From: Oxalobacteraceae bacterium
Lineage (GTDB): Bacteria > Pseudomonadota > Gammaproteobacteria > Burkholderiales > Burkholderiaceae_D
Length of the DNA: 64,000 nt
Assembly (NCBI GenBank): GCA_027490255.1
Contig: JAIXYM010000038.1
Coordinates: forward strand, 6,233 to 70,232
Direction of reading: 5' to 3'
Shown here: positions 56,436 to 64,000 of the stretch, piece after piece
Position numbering within the stretch: position 1 is the first letter of the stretch
Layout: each line of letters begins with the position of its first letter
Program-made: the position numbers and the translations under genes
The notes under the pieces: model-generated
Told to the model about the DNA's origin: nothing
The model's database searches: none
What the model saw: only the letters and a program-made list of their open reading frames with translations

Positions 56436-57044
56436 GTGAAAAACAAACTTCGTACGATCTGCGTTTATTGCGGTGCATCGAGTGGCCACGCACCCACTCA
56501 CGCAGCAGCGGCACGCTTGCTAGGCACCACCCTAGCCAATCAGCAGATCTCTCTGGTCTATGGTGGTGGTCGTATCGGGCTCATGGGTGTCGTTGCAGAT
56601 GCAGTCATGAACGCTGGCGGCAACGTCATTGGGGTCATACCCAAAGCACTGATGGATACCGAGGTAGGTCATCAGCACATCAGTCAACTATTAGTGGTCA
56701 AAGATATGCATGAACGCAAGGCGCTCATGGCCGAGCATGCAGATGCCTTCATCGCCCTGCCTGGTGGCTTGGGCACGCTAGAAGAATTATTCGAAACACT
56801 GACCTGGGCGCAACTGGGCTTTCATGAAAAACCGATTGGCCTGCTCAATGTGAACGGCTTTTATGATGGACTGATAGCTTTTCTCGCGCATCAGGTCCGC
56901 GAAGGCTTCGTACGCGAAGAACATGCGCGATTGCTGCTCAATGAAACCGATGCGTCAGCGCTGATTGATCAGTTGCAGTCGTTCGAAATGCCAGAGGGTG
57001 TGAGCTGGCTAAGTCGGCAGGCAGCCCGAACGCTAGGACCTTGA
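56436..57044 (+). CDS. LOG-family (TIGR00730-type) nucleotide phosphoribohydrolase
   Basis: CVYCGASSG, LVYGGG..GLMG, MHERKA.M, LPGGLGTLEE. Confidence 0.93.
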   Translation: MKNKLRTICVYCGASSGHAPTHAAAARLLGTTLANQQISLVYGGGRIGLMGVVADAVMNAGGNVIGVIPKALMDTEVGHQHISQLLVVKDMHERKALMAEHADAFIALPGGLGTLEELFETLTWAQLGFHEKPIGLLNVNGFYDGLIAFLAHQVREGFVREEHARLLLNETDASALIDQLQSFEMPEGVSWLSRQAARTLGP

Positions 57045-57066
57045 GAGCCCGTTAAAGAACTCGCGC

Positions 57067-58308
57067 TCAGGCGTCGAGCGCTTGCCGAAAGTCTTCGAGT
57101 AGATCGTCGGTATCTTCAATACCGACAGACACACGAATCAGAGACTCTGCAATGCCCATCTTGGCGCGGCGCGCCGGTCCCATCTCGTGATAAATCGTGT
57201 GCGCCACCGGAATAACCAGGGTACGCGTATCACCCAGATTGCTGGCAGGTATGGCCAGTCGGAGACGATTGAGATAATCGAAACAATCGATGCCCTCTTT
57301 CAGCTCAAAGCTCAGCAAACCACCGTAGGCGCGGAACAGCGAAGTCGCAATCGCATGCTGTGGATGAGATGACAGTCCGGGGTAATACACGGCCGCTACG
57401 CGCTCATCGTCGGACAACATCGTCGCCAATGCCATCGCACTCGCGGATTCGCGCTCGATGCGCAGCGCCATGGTTTCCGCACCTACCGCCAGATGATGTG
57501 CGGCCTCGGGACCGAGTGCACCGCCAAAATCGCGCAATGCCTTAGCTCGCAGCTGAGCCAGACCCCATTGCGCTGGTGCGAAACGCTTGTAGGTCTCTGC
57601 AATATTTGGGTAAGCGGTCCAGTCAAAGAGACCCGTGTCGGTCAAACTACCGCCAAGCGCATTGCCATGACCACCGATAGATTTGGTCAGCGCATTGATC
57701 ACAATACTGGCGCCGACTTTTTTGGGGCGGAATAAATAGGGCGAAGTAATCGTGTTGTCGACCACGTAAAGAATACCGCGCTCGTGACAAAGCGCACCTA
57801 TCTTCTCGAGGTCAGCAATCTGCGTGCGCGGATTAGCAATCGTCTCGACAAATACCATACGGGTTGCCGGCGTGAGCGCCTGCTCAACCGCTTCGACCTT
57901 GGTCGCATCCACAAAGCTGACTGGCATGCCCTGCAGCTGAACCGTCTGCCACAGGCTGTTGGTATTGCCGAACAAATAGGCTGAAGAAATTACATGATCA
58001 CCACTGCGCAGCAGTCCTTGTACTAGCGCACCCACGGCCGCCATACCGGTGGAAAAACACAGCGTGGCCAGGCCATCTTCCATACGCGTGATTTTTTCTT
58101 CGAGCGCGGAGACGGTAGGATTACCCTGCCTGCCATAGCGATAGCCGGGACGCTTACCTTGAAACACATCGGCCAGCTCGCGCGCATCGCGATAACCATA
58201 AGCGACAGCGGTATGGATCGGCTTGTGGAGCGACCCATGCTCAATGGGCTTCTGCCGGTCGCTGTGCAGAATCGTCGTGGTGAAACCGAATTTCTTTTGA
58301 TCGTTCAT
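57067..58308 (-). CDS. PLP-dependent trans-sulfuration enzyme (cystathionine gamma-synthase / O-acylhomoserine sulfhydrylase family)
   Basis: YGRQGNPT, VETIANP, VVDNT, NALTKSIGGHG, NLGDTRTL, IRVSVGIED. Confidence 0.9.
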   Translation of the reverse strand: MNDQKKFGFTTTILHSDRQKPIEHGSLHKPIHTAVAYGYRDARELADVFQGKRPGYRYGRQGNPTVSALEEKITRMEDGLATLCFSTGMAAVGALVQGLLRSGDHVISSAYLFGNTNSLWQTVQLQGMPVSFVDATKVEAVEQALTPATRMVFVETIANPRTQIADLEKIGALCHERGILYVVDNTITSPYLFRPKKVGASIVINALTKSIGGHGNALGGSLTDTGLFDWTAYPNIAETYKRFAPAQWGLAQLRAKALRDFGGALGPEAAHHLAVGAETMALRIERESASAMALATMLSDDERVAAVYYPGLSSHPQHAIATSLFRAYGGLLSFELKEGIDCFDYLNRLRLAIPASNLGDTRTLVIPVAHTIYHEMGPARRAKMGIAESLIRVSVGIEDTDDLLEDFRQALDA

Positions 58309-58324
58309 CAGGCGCAGGCGTTGA

Positions 58325-59842
58325 TCACTCGATCTGAGCGAGATTCAGATTCAGCTGGGTCCGTACCGCATCCTCAATCACTGCCTTGGGATTTTCACGC
58401 GCAAATTCGATACGGTCGAGATAATCACGCGAGATATCTCCGGTGACGTATTCACCATCAAAACAGGATGCTTCGAATTTCTTGAGCATGGGATTGACAT
58501 CGGTGATCGAGCGCTTCAATGCATCGATGTCCTGATAAACCAGCGCATCGGCGGTGATCTCGCGGCACACTTCTTCGTCGGTACGACCATGCGCGATCAA
58601 TTCACTGCGGGTCGGCATATCGATGCCATACACATTCGGAAATTTTACCGGTGGCGCCGCTGATGCAAAGATAACGCGCTTGGCACCAGAGTCACGCGCC
58701 ATTTGCACGATCTCGCGACTGGTCGTGCCACGTACGATGGAGTCATCCACCAGCAAAACGCTCTTGCCTTTGAATTCAGCACTGATCGCATTGAGCTTCT
58801 GACGCACGGATTTGCGCCGTATCGCCTGCCCCGGCATCAGAAAGGTACGACCGATGTAGCGGTTCTTGATGAACCCTTCACGATAGTCAAGGTTCAGCGT
58901 CATTGCCAATTCCATCGCTGAGGGACGCGAAGAATCAGGAATAGGCATCACCACATCGATATCACCGGCGGAGAATTCACGCCGTATTTTTTCGGCGAGA
59001 TACTCACCCATTTTCAGTCGGGTTGCATAGACCGAGGCACCATCAATCACCGAATCAGGACGTGCAAGATAAACGAATTCAAACGCACACGGATTAAGAA
59101 CCGGATTGTCGGCACACTGTTCGTTATAGAGCTTGCCTTCGTTGTCGATGAAAATCGCTTCGCCCGGCATCACATCCCGCAGAAAGTGAAAGCCCAAACC
59201 TTCGAGCGCAACCGATTCACTCGCCACCATATATTCAGGACCGTTTTCAGTGTCACTGAAACCAATACACAGCGGACGAATGCCATAAGGATCACGAAAA
59301 GCCAACAGCCCATAACCCGCAATTTGCGCGACCACGGCATAGGATCCGCGTACACGCCGGTGCAGCGCGGAGACCGCCTTGAACAGAATCGATGGATCAA
59401 GAGAGAAACTACTGGTGCCCTGCTGAATCTCATGTGCCAACACATTCAACAACACCTCGGAATCTGAATCCGTGTTGATGTGCCGACGGTCTTTCTTGAA
59501 CATTTCGATCTTGAGCTGATCGGCATTGGTGAGATTACCGTTGTGCGCCAGCGTAATGCCGAAGGGGGCATTTACATAAAACGGCTGCGCTTCTTCCTCA
59601 CTGGAAGATCCGGCAGTCGGATAACGGCATTGCCCTATGCCTGAATTACCCGGTAATGAACGCATATTACGCGTGCGAAAAACGTCGCGCACCAGTCCAT
59701 TGGCCTTGTGCATGCTGAAGGTATTGCCGTGACTGGTTGCGATACCCGCAGCATCCTGACCACGGTGCTGCAGCAGCAGCAGCGCATCATAAATGAGCTG
59801 ATTCACAGGGCCATGCGAAACGACGCCAACAATGCCGCACAT
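58325..59842 (-). CDS. purF: Amidophosphoribosyltransferase
   Basis: MCGIVG N-terminal Cys, [21 protein letters not shown]. Confidence 0.98.
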   Translation of the reverse strand: MCGIVGVVSHGPVNQLIYDALLLLQHRGQDAAGIATSHGNTFSMHKANGLVRDVFRTRNMRSLPGNSGIGQCRYPTAGSSSEEEAQPFYVNAPFGITLAHNGNLTNADQLKIEMFKKDRRHINTDSDSEVLLNVLAHEIQQGTSSFSLDPSILFKAVSALHRRVRGSYAVVAQIAGYGLLAFRDPYGIRPLCIGFSDTENGPEYMVASESVALEGLGFHFLRDVMPGEAIFIDNEGKLYNEQCADNPVLNPCAFEFVYLARPDSVIDGASVYATRLKMGEYLAEKIRREFSAGDIDVVMPIPDSSRPSAMELAMTLNLDYREGFIKNRYIGRTFLMPGQAIRRKSVRQKLNAISAEFKGKSVLLVDDSIVRGTTSREIVQMARDSGAKRVIFASAAPPVKFPNVYGIDMPTRSELIAHGRTDEEVCREITADALVYQDIDALKRSITDVNPMLKKFEASCFDGEYVTGDISRDYLDRIEFARENPKAVIEDAVRTQLNLNLAQIE

Positions 59843-59888
59843 GGTGGGGCTCCTTCAAAAAACGTAACTTCCGGCCAGGCCGGACACT

Positions 59889-60632
59889 TTACATGGACTG
59901 TACGCTACCGCTCAGACCGATTTTCTTCACACGCGCTTGCATTTTTTCTGCTTCTTCGCGAGTGGCGAACGGTCCCACGCGGACACGGAAACGATCGCCA
60001 TCTTTGGTGTTGATTTTTTCGGAATACGCTTTAATGCCCGATTCTTTCAGACGGGCCTTCAAGTCATCTGCTTTTGATTTGCTGTTGACTGCAGCGACCT
60101 GCAAGAGATATTTGCGTGCCTTTTCCTTGGCCTGAGATTTATCTCCCTCAGCAGGCGCTTCGCGTTCAGCGGTCTTGTCCGCAGCGGGTTTGTCAGAGGC
60201 TTCCGCGTTAGGCTTGACTGTTTTTGCAGGCTCTGGCGCTGTCTTCACCTCGGAGGCGGGCTGGGAAGGCGCAGGCGGCTGCGCAGGCGCAGGGGACTCG
60301 ACGACCTTTTGTGGGACAGATTGCGGCGCAGGCTGGGGCTTTAGGCTCTCGGGCGCTGGCGAAACCTTGTCAGGAATCTGCGTCTCGACATCATCGGCCA
60401 AGGGTTTATTGGGATCGGCATCGAAAATCATCGGCAGCCCGATGATCGCTGCGAGTACGAGCGCTGTCGCGCCTATCAAACGGCGACGTGCGCGCTGCTT
60501 CTCTGGCAGCATGGGATCGATAGGCTCTTCGTCCTGAGTGGGGCTGCGGCGCGAACGGCGCGGCTTTACCGGCACGTCCAGATCGTCATCGGCATCCTGC
60601 TGGTTTTTACCAGGGAACGAGAACAAGCCCAT
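59889..60632 (-). CDS. dedD: SPOR-domain cell division protein (DedD-like)
   Basis: RARRRLIGA TM anchor, Pro/Ala-rich linker, C-terminal SPOR (YLLQVAA...RVRVGPF). Confidence 0.85.
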   Translation of the reverse strand: MGLFSFPGKNQQDADDDLDVPVKPRRSRRSPTQDEEPIDPMLPEKQRARRRLIGATALVLAAIIGLPMIFDADPNKPLADDVETQIPDKVSPAPESLKPQPAPQSVPQKVVESPAPAQPPAPSQPASEVKTAPEPAKTVKPNAEASDKPAADKTAEREAPAEGDKSQAKEKARKYLLQVAAVNSKSKADDLKARLKESGIKAYSEKINTKDGDRFRVRVGPFATREEAEKMQARVKKIGLSGSVQSM

Positions 60633-60682
60633 AAGAAAATTGATTGCGTTGCTGAATTGTGTTTGACGCAGGGTCAGAAAAC

Positions 60683-61960
60683 TTATCTGACAGCCATCAC
60701 GCCGGCCACCGTAACGAATGACCCGAAGACCGCAATTCTATCATTCTCGGTGGCGCGCCCCCGGGCCGCAGCATAAGCCTCCGCCGGCGTCGCAAAACAT
60801 TGGACACTGCGCTCTGCGCCGGGCACCGTACTGGGACGTACACCTGCCTGCGCCAGTGACTCGGCCAACGCCGCCGCGCTGGCTGCTCGCGGCAGTGGCA
60901 GGTCTGTCAAATACCAATGATCGATACGATCCACCAGCTGGGCCAGGATGCCTGCAATATCCTTATCGGCCATGGCTCCAAAAACAGCATGCGTGTAGGG
61001 ATGAAAGCCCATCTGCTCCAGATTTTGCGACAGCGTTGCAGCGGCGTGCGGGTTGTGGGCGACATCGAGAATCACGGCGGGACGCCCCGGCAAAACCTGA
61101 AAGCGCCCAGGCAATTCCACCATCACCAGCCCACTCCGAACTTCCTGTGCACCGAGTGGCAAACGTTCGCGCAGGGCTTCCAGTGCCGCGAGCGCGGCAC
61201 TCGCGTTGAGTAGCTGGTTTGCGCCACGCAAACTGGGATAGGCCAGTGCATTGCGGCGCTGCTGGCGTCCACCGTAATTCCATTGCTGCCGATCACCCGA
61301 GTAATTGAAGTCACGGCCAAACAGCCAGAGATCAGCACCAATGGCTGCAGCGTGATCGAGCAGGGATTGCGGTGGCGAGGGATCACTGCAAATCGCCGTA
61401 CGACCCGAGCGGTAAATACCGGCTTTTTCAAAACCTATCTTCTCGCGTGTATCACCCAGATAGTCTTGATGATCAAGATCGACACTCGTAATAATGGAGA
61501 CATCGGCATCAATCAGATTGACCGCATCCAGGCGACCGCCCAATCCGACTTCAAGAATCACCGCATCCAGACCGGCATCAGCAAAGTATTTGAGAATGGC
61601 CAACGTCGTGAATTCAAAATAAGTCAGCGACACATCCTGACGTACAGCCTCAATGGCTTCGAAATTTTTGCAAAAGGCCTCATCGCTGGCCTGCTCACCA
61701 TTGATGCGTGCACGCTCGTTGAAATGCAGCAAATGCGGCGAGGTATACAGACCGACGCGATAGCCCCCTTGCAGCAGCATCGCTTCCAGCATCGCGCAAG
61801 TGGAACCTTTGCCGTTGGTGCCACCAACCGTGATCACAGGGCACTCGAACCGAATGCCGAGTCGACCCGCGACCTCGCTGACACGATCCAGGCCCATCTC
61901 AATGGCTTTGGGATGCAGTGATTCGAGGCGGGTCAGCCAGTCATTGAGCGAAAGTGGCAT
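60683..61960 (-). CDS. folC: Bifunctional folylpolyglutamate synthase / dihydrofolate synthase
   Basis: VGGTNGKGST, YTSPHL..FNER, EVGLGGRLDAVN, LDVAHNP. Confidence 0.97.
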   Translation of the reverse strand: MPLSLNDWLTRLESLHPKAIEMGLDRVSEVAGRLGIRFECPVITVGGTNGKGSTCAMLEAMLLQGGYRVGLYTSPHLLHFNERARINGEQASDEAFCKNFEAIEAVRQDVSLTYFEFTTLAILKYFADAGLDAVILEVGLGGRLDAVNLIDADVSIITSVDLDHQDYLGDTREKIGFEKAGIYRSGRTAICSDPSPPQSLLDHAAAIGADLWLFGRDFNYSGDRQQWNYGGRQQRRNALAYPSLRGANQLLNASAALAALEALRERLPLGAQEVRSGLVMVELPGRFQVLPGRPAVILDVAHNPHAAATLSQNLEQMGFHPYTHAVFGAMADKDIAGILAQLVDRIDHWYLTDLPLPRAASAAALAESLAQAGVRPSTVPGAERSVQCFATPAEAYAAARGRATENDRIAVFGSFVTVAGVMAVR

Positions 61961-62026
61961 GGTGGAGAGTGCGTGAGGTGAAAAGTATGCGAGATGAAGC
62001 GTGCATGAAGAGACTCAGGAACGACA

Positions 62027-62183
62027 CTGGACCCCGGCCTCCGCCGGGGTGACAGATTGGGGGTCTGTCGGCTTTCCGATTGTCACCCGGGGATGGCTTT
62101 TTAATCGTCATCCTGTGACGGCTTTCCCATCGTCATCCTATTACGGCTTTCCCATCGTCGCCCCGGCGGAGGCCGGGGTCCAG
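62027..62183. repeat. Inverted pair of 28-bp REP-like palindromes enclosing four 25-bp tandem units
   Basis: 62027-62054 is the reverse complement of (T)GTCACCCCGGCGGAGGCCGGGGTCCAG; 62156-62183 is CGTCGCCCCGGCGGAGGCCGGGGTCCAG (26/28 identical). Units start at 62069, 62094, 62119 and 62144. Confidence 0.85.
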
Positions 62184-62206
62184 CGTCTTTGATTCAAACC
62201 TAAAAA

Positions 62207-63079
62207 TCAGGCCAGCACTTCCGGCGGCTGATTTTGCAGAATCGCGAGCAGGCGCGCGATTTCTTCACGCATCTTGCGACGATCCACAATCATGTCGATC
62301 GCACCTTTCTGAATGATAAATTCAGAACGCTGAAAACCTTCCGGCAGTTTTTCACGTACCGTATTTTCGATCACTCGCGGACCGGCAAAGCCAATCAGCG
62401 CCTTGGGCTCGGCGATCACCACATCACCCATGAAAGCAAAGGATGCGGATACGCCACCCATGGTGGGATCGGTCAGCACCGAAATGAAAGGCAGCTTTTT
62501 CTCAGACAACTTGGTAAGCATGGATGTGGTCTTGGCCATCTGCATCAGCGACAGCAAGCCTTCCTGCATGCGCGCACCACCCGTGGCGGTGATACAGATG
62601 AACGGTACTTTTTGCTCCAGCGCTGTCTGCGCGCCGCGCGCAAAACGCTCGCCAACGACCGCACCCATCGAGCCACCCATGAATTCGAATTCAAAACAGG
62701 CCACCACGACAGGTACCGACATGATGGCGCCACCCAGAACGATAAGCGCATCAGTTTCGCCAGTCGCATCCATCGCGGACTTCAGGCGCTCGGGGTATTT
62801 TTTGCTGTCCTTGAATTTAAGTGTGTCGACCGGGAGAACTTCCTGACCGATCTCGTAACGACCTTCGTTATCGAGCAAGGCATCGAGGCGATCACGTGCA
62901 CGAATGCGCATGTGATGATCACACTTGGGACAGACTTGCTGATTGGACTCGAGGTCGGTGCGGTAAAGCACGGCCTCACAGGAAGGGCACTTGACCCAAA
63001 GGCCTTCGGGCACCGTGCGGCGGGTGCTGGCATCTGAACGTTGAATACGGGGCGGGAGGAGTTTCTCTAACCAACTCAT
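62207..63079 (-). CDS. accD: Acetyl-CoA carboxylase carboxyltransferase beta subunit
   Basis: LWVKCPSC...CPKC zinc ribbon, [33 protein letters not shown]. Confidence 0.98.
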   Translation of the reverse strand: MSWLEKLLPPRIQRSDASTRRTVPEGLWVKCPSCEAVLYRTDLESNQQVCPKCDHHMRIRARDRLDALLDNEGRYEIGQEVLPVDTLKFKDSKKYPERLKSAMDATGETDALIVLGGAIMSVPVVVACFEFEFMGGSMGAVVGERFARGAQTALEQKVPFICITATGGARMQEGLLSLMQMAKTTSMLTKLSEKKLPFISVLTDPTMGGVSASFAFMGDVVIAEPKALIGFAGPRVIENTVREKLPEGFQRSEFIIQKGAIDMIVDRRKMREEIARLLAILQNQPPEVLA

Positions 63080-63216
63080 GGGACTCTCTTTCTCTGAGTG
63101 GACGCCGGGCGACCGTTAGGGCTGCATTCTACCCCTCGACCAGCGCCGGAGCCAGCCCGGCGGGGCCGTGGATTACTATTTCGGCAATAACTTTACCCAA
63201 CTGTGTTCCCGGGTTT

Positions 63217-63243
63217 AAAAAATGGCCACGCCACTCGTGGCCA
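63217..63243 (-). terminator. Intrinsic terminator after trpA
   Basis: TGGCCACG-N5-CGTGGCCA followed by TTTTTT on the minus strand. Confidence 0.75.
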
Positions 63244-63256
63244 GCCGGGGCGAGCT

Positions 63257-64000
63257 TCAGGCCGGGATTTCGTCAATGGCCGCGCGTATGCCAGCAAGAA
63301 AGTCATGCACCGCTGCCACCGCCTTGTCCTTCGGCGTGTTCTCGAGCTCCTGAATAATGCGACTGCCGATCACAATCGCATCCGACACCGAGGCCACCGC
63401 CTTGGCCGTTTCGGCATCCCGGATACCAAAGCCCACGCCTATCGGCAACTTCACATGTTCGCGTATGGCCGCAATACGGCTAGCGACCTCGGCAGTGTCA
63501 ATATGACCGGCGCCAGTCACACCACGCAGCGACACGTAGTAAGAAAAGCCGCTACTGATCTGCGCGACCTGCATGATGCGCTGCTCGGTCGATGTGGGCG
63601 CGAGCAAGAAGATCAGGTCCATATCCTGCGCTTTGAGTTTTGCCGCGAACTCTGCCGCTTCTTCTGGCGGATAGTCAACCACGATGGCGCCATCAGCACC
63701 GACAGCCTTCGCTTCCGTGACAAAACTGTCGATACCCATACGCTCGATCGGATTCGCGTAGCCCATCAGCACGACCGGTGTGTGTGGGTTGTCTTTGCGA
63801 AATTCCCGCACATAGCCGAGCACATCGCGCATGCCGACATTGAATTTCAGCGCACGCTCATTGGCACGCTGAATCACCGGACCTTCGGCCATCGGATCGG
63901 AAAATGGCACACCGAGTTCGAGGATATCGGCGCCCGCCTTCACCTGTGCATGCATCAAGGGCACGGTGAGTTCGGGTGCCGGATCGCCGGCGGTGATGAA
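63257..64000 (-). CDS. trpA: Tryptophan synthase alpha chain (5' end lies outside the window)
   Basis: [44 protein letters not shown]; the frame is open to the window edge. Confidence 0.97.
   Translation of the reverse strand, partial: FITAGDPAPELTVPLMHAQVKAGADILELGVPFSDPMAEGPVIQRANERALKFNVGMRDVLGYVREFRKDNPHTPVVLMGYANPIERMGIDSFVTEAKAVGADGAIVVDYPPEEAAEFAAKLKAQDMDLIFLLAPTSTEQRIMQVAQISSGFSYYVSLRGVTGAGHIDTAEVASRIAAIREHVKLPIGVGFGIRDAETAKAVASVSDAIVIGSRIIQELENTPKDKAVAAVHDFLAGIRAAIDEIPA

Overview
The window is a mostly housekeeping stretch of a Burkholderiales (probably Oxalobacteraceae-like) chromosome, about 55-60% GC by eye. In order it holds: lepB(partial)-lepA, the rpoE-rseA-rseB-degQ operon, the fab/plsX/rpmF cluster, maf, rluC-rne, a complete 14-gene nuoA-N operon, tRNA-Leu(GAG), secG, tpiA, pnp-rpsO, leuA-pssA-psd, ilvIHC, purF-dedD-folC-accD and trpA(partial). 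No integrase, transposase or cas gene is visible. The most striking non-genic signal is two independent tandem arrays of 145-151 bp units. Each unit is a hairpin-rich spacer of about 105-110 bp fused to a copy of the terminus of an essential gene: the first 12 codons of nuoD (35911-36235) and the last 15 codons of ilvC (49845-50302). The gene-end copies differ from each other only at synonymous sites, and the ilvC spacer stems show compensatory base changes. The distal ilvC unit abuts an AT-rich island of two divergent paralogous orphan genes. My interpretation (inference) is a non-autonomous cassette system that inserts into gene ends and rebuilds them. Other observations: a probable leaderless Leu-rich leader peptide before leuA, a possible orphaned N-terminal uORF coupled to rluC, a CGTC-type REP pair with internal 25-bp repeats, and apparent absence of cvpA and of an ECF-sigma cassette from their usual positions. 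All product calls come from recognising the translated sequences; no database search was run.
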